Below, piece by piece: positions 62,001 to 64,000 of a stretch of DNA of 64,000 bases. The translations under genes were made by a program, and so were the position numbers. The DNA lies in contig CAVUWD010000007.1 in NCBI GenBank assembly GCA_963745025.1, positions 32,001 to 96,000 of the forward strand, given 5' to 3'. Every line of letters starts with the position of its first letter. Position 1 is the stretch's first letter. This DNA comes from an uncultured delta proteobacterium. Lineage in GTDB: Bacteria > Desulfobacterota > Binatia > JACPRU01. The notes under the pieces were generated by a model. It searched no databases and was not told the origin of the DNA. It was given only the letters and a program-made list of their open reading frames with translations.

Positions 62001-62402
62001 TACGAGGCCCTGGCGGCATACGCGAAAGTGCACACCGGCGAGGTTGCGTTCGAGGGCGGCTGGCGCGTGTATTCGAGTGGCGCGGGCATCGCGGTGCGCC
62101 TGATCCACGAGTGCTTGCTCGGCATCCGCAAGACGGCAGCCGTTCTCGTCATCGACCCGGTGATTCCCAAGGCGCTCGACGGGTTGTGCGCCGACATCGA
62201 GCTTGCCGGCAAGCCGGTGCAGGTGGTGTACCAGGTTGCCGCACTGGGCTTCGGCCCCACGGCGCTCACGCTCAACGGCACCGCGTTGCCGTTCGAGCGT
62301 GAGGAAAATCCGTATCGTACGGGTGGTGCGGCGGTGCCGATGGCGGTGCTGCGCCAGCTGCTCAGCGCCGCGGCCAACACATTGGAGGTGCAGCTGCAGT
62401 GA
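59019..62402 (+). CDS. GH94 glycoside phosphorylase, 1,2-beta-oligoglucan phosphorylase-like
   Basis: NEYYVSQYID, PRGLEQYSGGGWGTRDVCQG, GHGDWNDSLQP, FGREIG and GWRVYSSG motifs; 1127 aa. Confidence 0.85.
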   Translation: MTSQIFPAHVESPSGLSVQVSANGSVRRMDHGDIILNLFLGTEIEGGPANIYLRRHDASIESIPLLGPRSPAAVRVDERGLRLDGEWKHVRFHVALVLAQSTAAWLWHVTLENTGDTAASVDLIYAQDLALAHYGAVRMNEYYVSQYIDYTPLTHARCGTVLAVRQNLSMGGRYPWAVIGSLGHAVSFATDALQFHGVAARAGAVAEGLQAAVLPGTRQQHEHSMAVIQDAQVRLDPGARLQRGFFGWFEADHPAASSPADLTFVDQALTLPEATTAPVAASDTLFSARPILASLDLSDSDIAGAFGKDLREVERDNGGVLSFFAGANRHVVLKAKELQVLRPHGHLIRSGDHLVPDEASLTSTTWMAGVFHSLLTQGHVSINRLLSTARSYLGLLRSGGQRIFVELEDGYHLLDVPSAYEMAPNGCRWLYKHRGGVIQVCSWAPVDHHALHLSIEVLAGAPCRFLIAHHVAINGDDGADAIPVHFTQDGDGVVIHPPADSDVGRRFPQGFYRIDVGERATVERVGGDELLFVDGRSRRQPFLTVVTTKTASIQVRITGHLLPVADLPGPGRTPQYVAEQGAAERFWNGLLGPLVLRPASEGDAADGVERLQEIVPWFAHNAMIHYLAPRGLEQYSGGGWGTRDVCQGPVELLLALGTWAPLRDLLLRVFRAQNPDGDWPQWFMFFERERSIRPSDSHGDIIFWPLLALAQYIIATDDVSLLDEVVPFFHPQGDDQAEQATIWAHLERALSAIAGRLIPGTQLVAYGHGDWNDSLQPVDPAMCERLCSAWTVTLHYQTLTTLAAALQRIGRAAAAQPFTEQAQRIREDFQRLLVVDGTLTGYAYFHEDGRIDYLLHPGDQTTGIRFSLLPMIHAIINGLLTVEQARMHVGHIKGHLLAVDGARMFDRPFDYHGGPQRYFQRAESSTYFGREIGIMYTHAHLRYAEAMARYGDADALFLALRQANPCDVRAVVSPARRRQANCYYSSSDAQFADRYEALAAYAKVHTGEVAFEGGWRVYSSGAGIAVRLIHECLLGIRKTAAVLVIDPVIPKALDGLCADIELAGKPVQVVYQVAALGFGPTALTLNGTALPFEREENPYRTGGAAVPMAVLRQLLSAAANTLEVQLQ

Positions 62403-62524
62403 GCCTGGGCATTACGGAGCAGGCCGAGGGATAGTGTGCTCACGCGGAGGGCGGGGTGCGGCGGACGATGCGGACATGGGAGGTGAACTGCTTTGCGGCG
62501 CACAGGAGGAGGCGCAAGCGCTCG

Positions 62525-62965
62525 TCAGCAGGGCGCTGGCGGCAGCCATGGGATGAACGAGTGCCGGTCGGCATGGCTGAATTTGGCTCCGACGAATGCC
62601 CGCACGAGGTCCCAGGCTACGGCCGGTCCCACGGTACGGCCGCCCATACAGATGACGTTCATGTCGTCATCTTCGACTCCTTGCACGGCCGAGAAGTGGT
62701 CGTGAATGATCGCCGCACGGATGCCTGGAACCTTGTTGGCGCACACTGACGCGCCGACGCCGCTGCCGCAGATCGCGACGCCGCGCTCTACCTGCCCCGC
62801 CGCAACAGCCCGGGCGAAAGGAATGACAAAATCGGGATAGTCGTCGTCTGGATTCAAGGCATGGGCGCCGAAATCGATCACCTCATGCTCCGCCGCGCGC
62901 AGGTGTGCGACGAACTCCTCTTTCAAACCGAATCCGCCGTGGTCGGTGGCGATTCCCACACGCAT
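62525..62965 (-). CDS. rpiB: Ribose-5-phosphate isomerase B (C-terminus possibly altered)
   Basis: ATDHGG, DDYPD, CGSGVG, ANKVPGIRA and DDMNV motifs; the usual RH-x-RR tail is replaced after RH. Confidence 0.88.
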   Translation of the reverse strand: MRVGIATDHGGFGLKEEFVAHLRAAEHEVIDFGAHALNPDDDYPDFVIPFARAVAAGQVERGVAICGSGVGASVCANKVPGIRAAIIHDHFSAVQGVEDDDMNVICMGGRTVGPAVAWDLVRAFVGAKFSHADRHSFIPWLPPAPC

Positions 62966-62974
62966 ATCTTTCTC

Positions 62975-63688
62975 CTATTTTCTCTCATCTCGGTTCTGTC
63001 CGGGTCTTTCCGCCGCCGCACGGTCCGCGAGCACCAGAGCGTGGTCTTGACGCACTCGCCCGGCCGGAATCGATCCATCAGCCGCGCGCAGACGGGGCAA
63101 CATGGCGACTTTGTCCGCCCCGGTCACCAACCAGAGAATGCGCCGCGAGCGATTGAGCATCGGATACGTCAAGGTCATGCGGCGCCGTTTCATGTAGACA
63201 CCGGTCAGCGCGACATCCCGGTCGACGACGCTCAGCACGGGATCGTTGGGGATCAGAGACGCCGTGTGGCCGTCCGGCCCGAGCCCGAGATGCGCGAGGT
63301 CGAGCACCGGCGGTGTGCCGGCAATCGTTCCGAGTGTGCGCGCGTAGCTCCGGGCGGCGGCTTCGAGATCGGCGTCTTCGACCGGCATGGCGTGGATGTG
63401 CTCCGGCGGCAGCGGCGCGTGTTCCAGCAAGCTCTCGCGCAAGTGGGTGAGGTTACGGTCCGGATCGCCGGCGGGGGCGACGCGTTCGTCCACCTGGACC
63501 ACGTGCACACCTGCCCACGGCACGTCCTCGCCAGCGAGCGCACGCAGCATGACCCACGGCGTACGGCCGCCGCTGACCGCCACGATGAACCGCCCGCGCG
63601 CTGCCACGGCCGTACGGGCCTCGGCGGCAATCACTCTGGCGGCTTCCCTGGCGACGGCATCGGCGTCGGGGAGGATTCGAGTCTCCAC
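62975..63688 (-). CDS. pgl: 6-phosphogluconolactonase
   Basis: SGGRTP, VDER, LGLGPDGHTASL, RMTLT and GADK motifs. Confidence 0.92.
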   Translation of the reverse strand: METRILPDADAVAREAARVIAAEARTAVAARGRFIVAVSGGRTPWVMLRALAGEDVPWAGVHVVQVDERVAPAGDPDRNLTHLRESLLEHAPLPPEHIHAMPVEDADLEAAARSYARTLGTIAGTPPVLDLAHLGLGPDGHTASLIPNDPVLSVVDRDVALTGVYMKRRRMTLTYPMLNRSRRILWLVTGADKVAMLPRLRAADGSIPAGRVRQDHALVLADRAAAERPGQNRDERK

Positions 63689-63711
63689 GTGGTGTCTCCT
63701 GTCAGATCGTT

Positions 63712-63897
63712 TCAACCCCGGCCCTCATCACTCAACACTTTCTCAAAACACCACCTGGCCGCGAAAACCGACGACCGTTGCGTTGTCGACGAAGCTCCCG
63801 GCGCTGGGACCTCGGATCTCGATGGGAAAATCTTCTTGTAGGCCAGGTCGCCTGTGGCTCCGAAGAAGACGAGGGCCTCAGAACGGGAAGCGTTCAT
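63712..63897 (-). pseudogene. zwf: Glucose-6-phosphate dehydrogenase reduced to its N-terminal ~25 codons
   Basis: ALVFFGATGDLAYKKIFP, then unrelated sequence and a stop. Confidence 0.8.
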
Positions 63898-63906
63898 GGG
63901 GGCTCC

Positions 63907-64000
63907 TCACTTCCGGGGCTTTTCGACGTGCCCGCCAAATTGATAGCGCATCGCCGAGAGCAGCTTGTCCTGATAATCCGACTCACCGCGCGAATTGAAG
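63907..64000 (-). CDS. gnd: 3' end of 6-phosphogluconate dehydrogenase (runs off the window)
   Basis: [30 protein letters not shown]. Confidence 0.85.
   Translation of the reverse strand, partial: FNSRGESDYQDKLLSAMRYQFGGHVEKPRK

Overview
High-GC bacterial window, mostly catabolic and accessory genes. The gene content (many lipid/aromatic catabolic enzymes, type IV pilus genes) resembles Binatota/deltaproteobacteria-like MAGs; that taxonomy is inference only. Main blocks: (i) two paralogous modules, 45 kb apart, each a small SCP2-like gene plus an alpha/beta-hydrolase; (ii) a DUF35/thiolase/MaoC/enoyl-CoA hydratase lipid cluster containing a perfect 47-bp palindrome; (iii) an aromatic meta-cleavage operon (HpaB-like, ALDH, FAH, ThDP enzyme, extradiol dioxygenase); (iv) a lower-GC minor-pilin cluster and a separate PilB-zinc ribbon-receiver fusion, each with a sigma54-type motif upstream; (v) an ethylbenzene-dehydrogenase-like molybdoenzyme encoded beta-then-alpha, with no Tat signal, gamma subunit or chaperone, next to an AraC regulator and a SnoaL/BVMO pair; (vi) a discoidin-domain glycoside hydrolase plus GH94 phosphorylase, facing a pentose-phosphate operon whose zwf is reduced to a stub. 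No rRNA, tRNA or CRISPR array was seen. Clustered frameshifts and abrupt gene truncations suggest assembly errors or contig joins, so long-range synteny needs caution. All calls come from motif recognition by eye; no database search was run.
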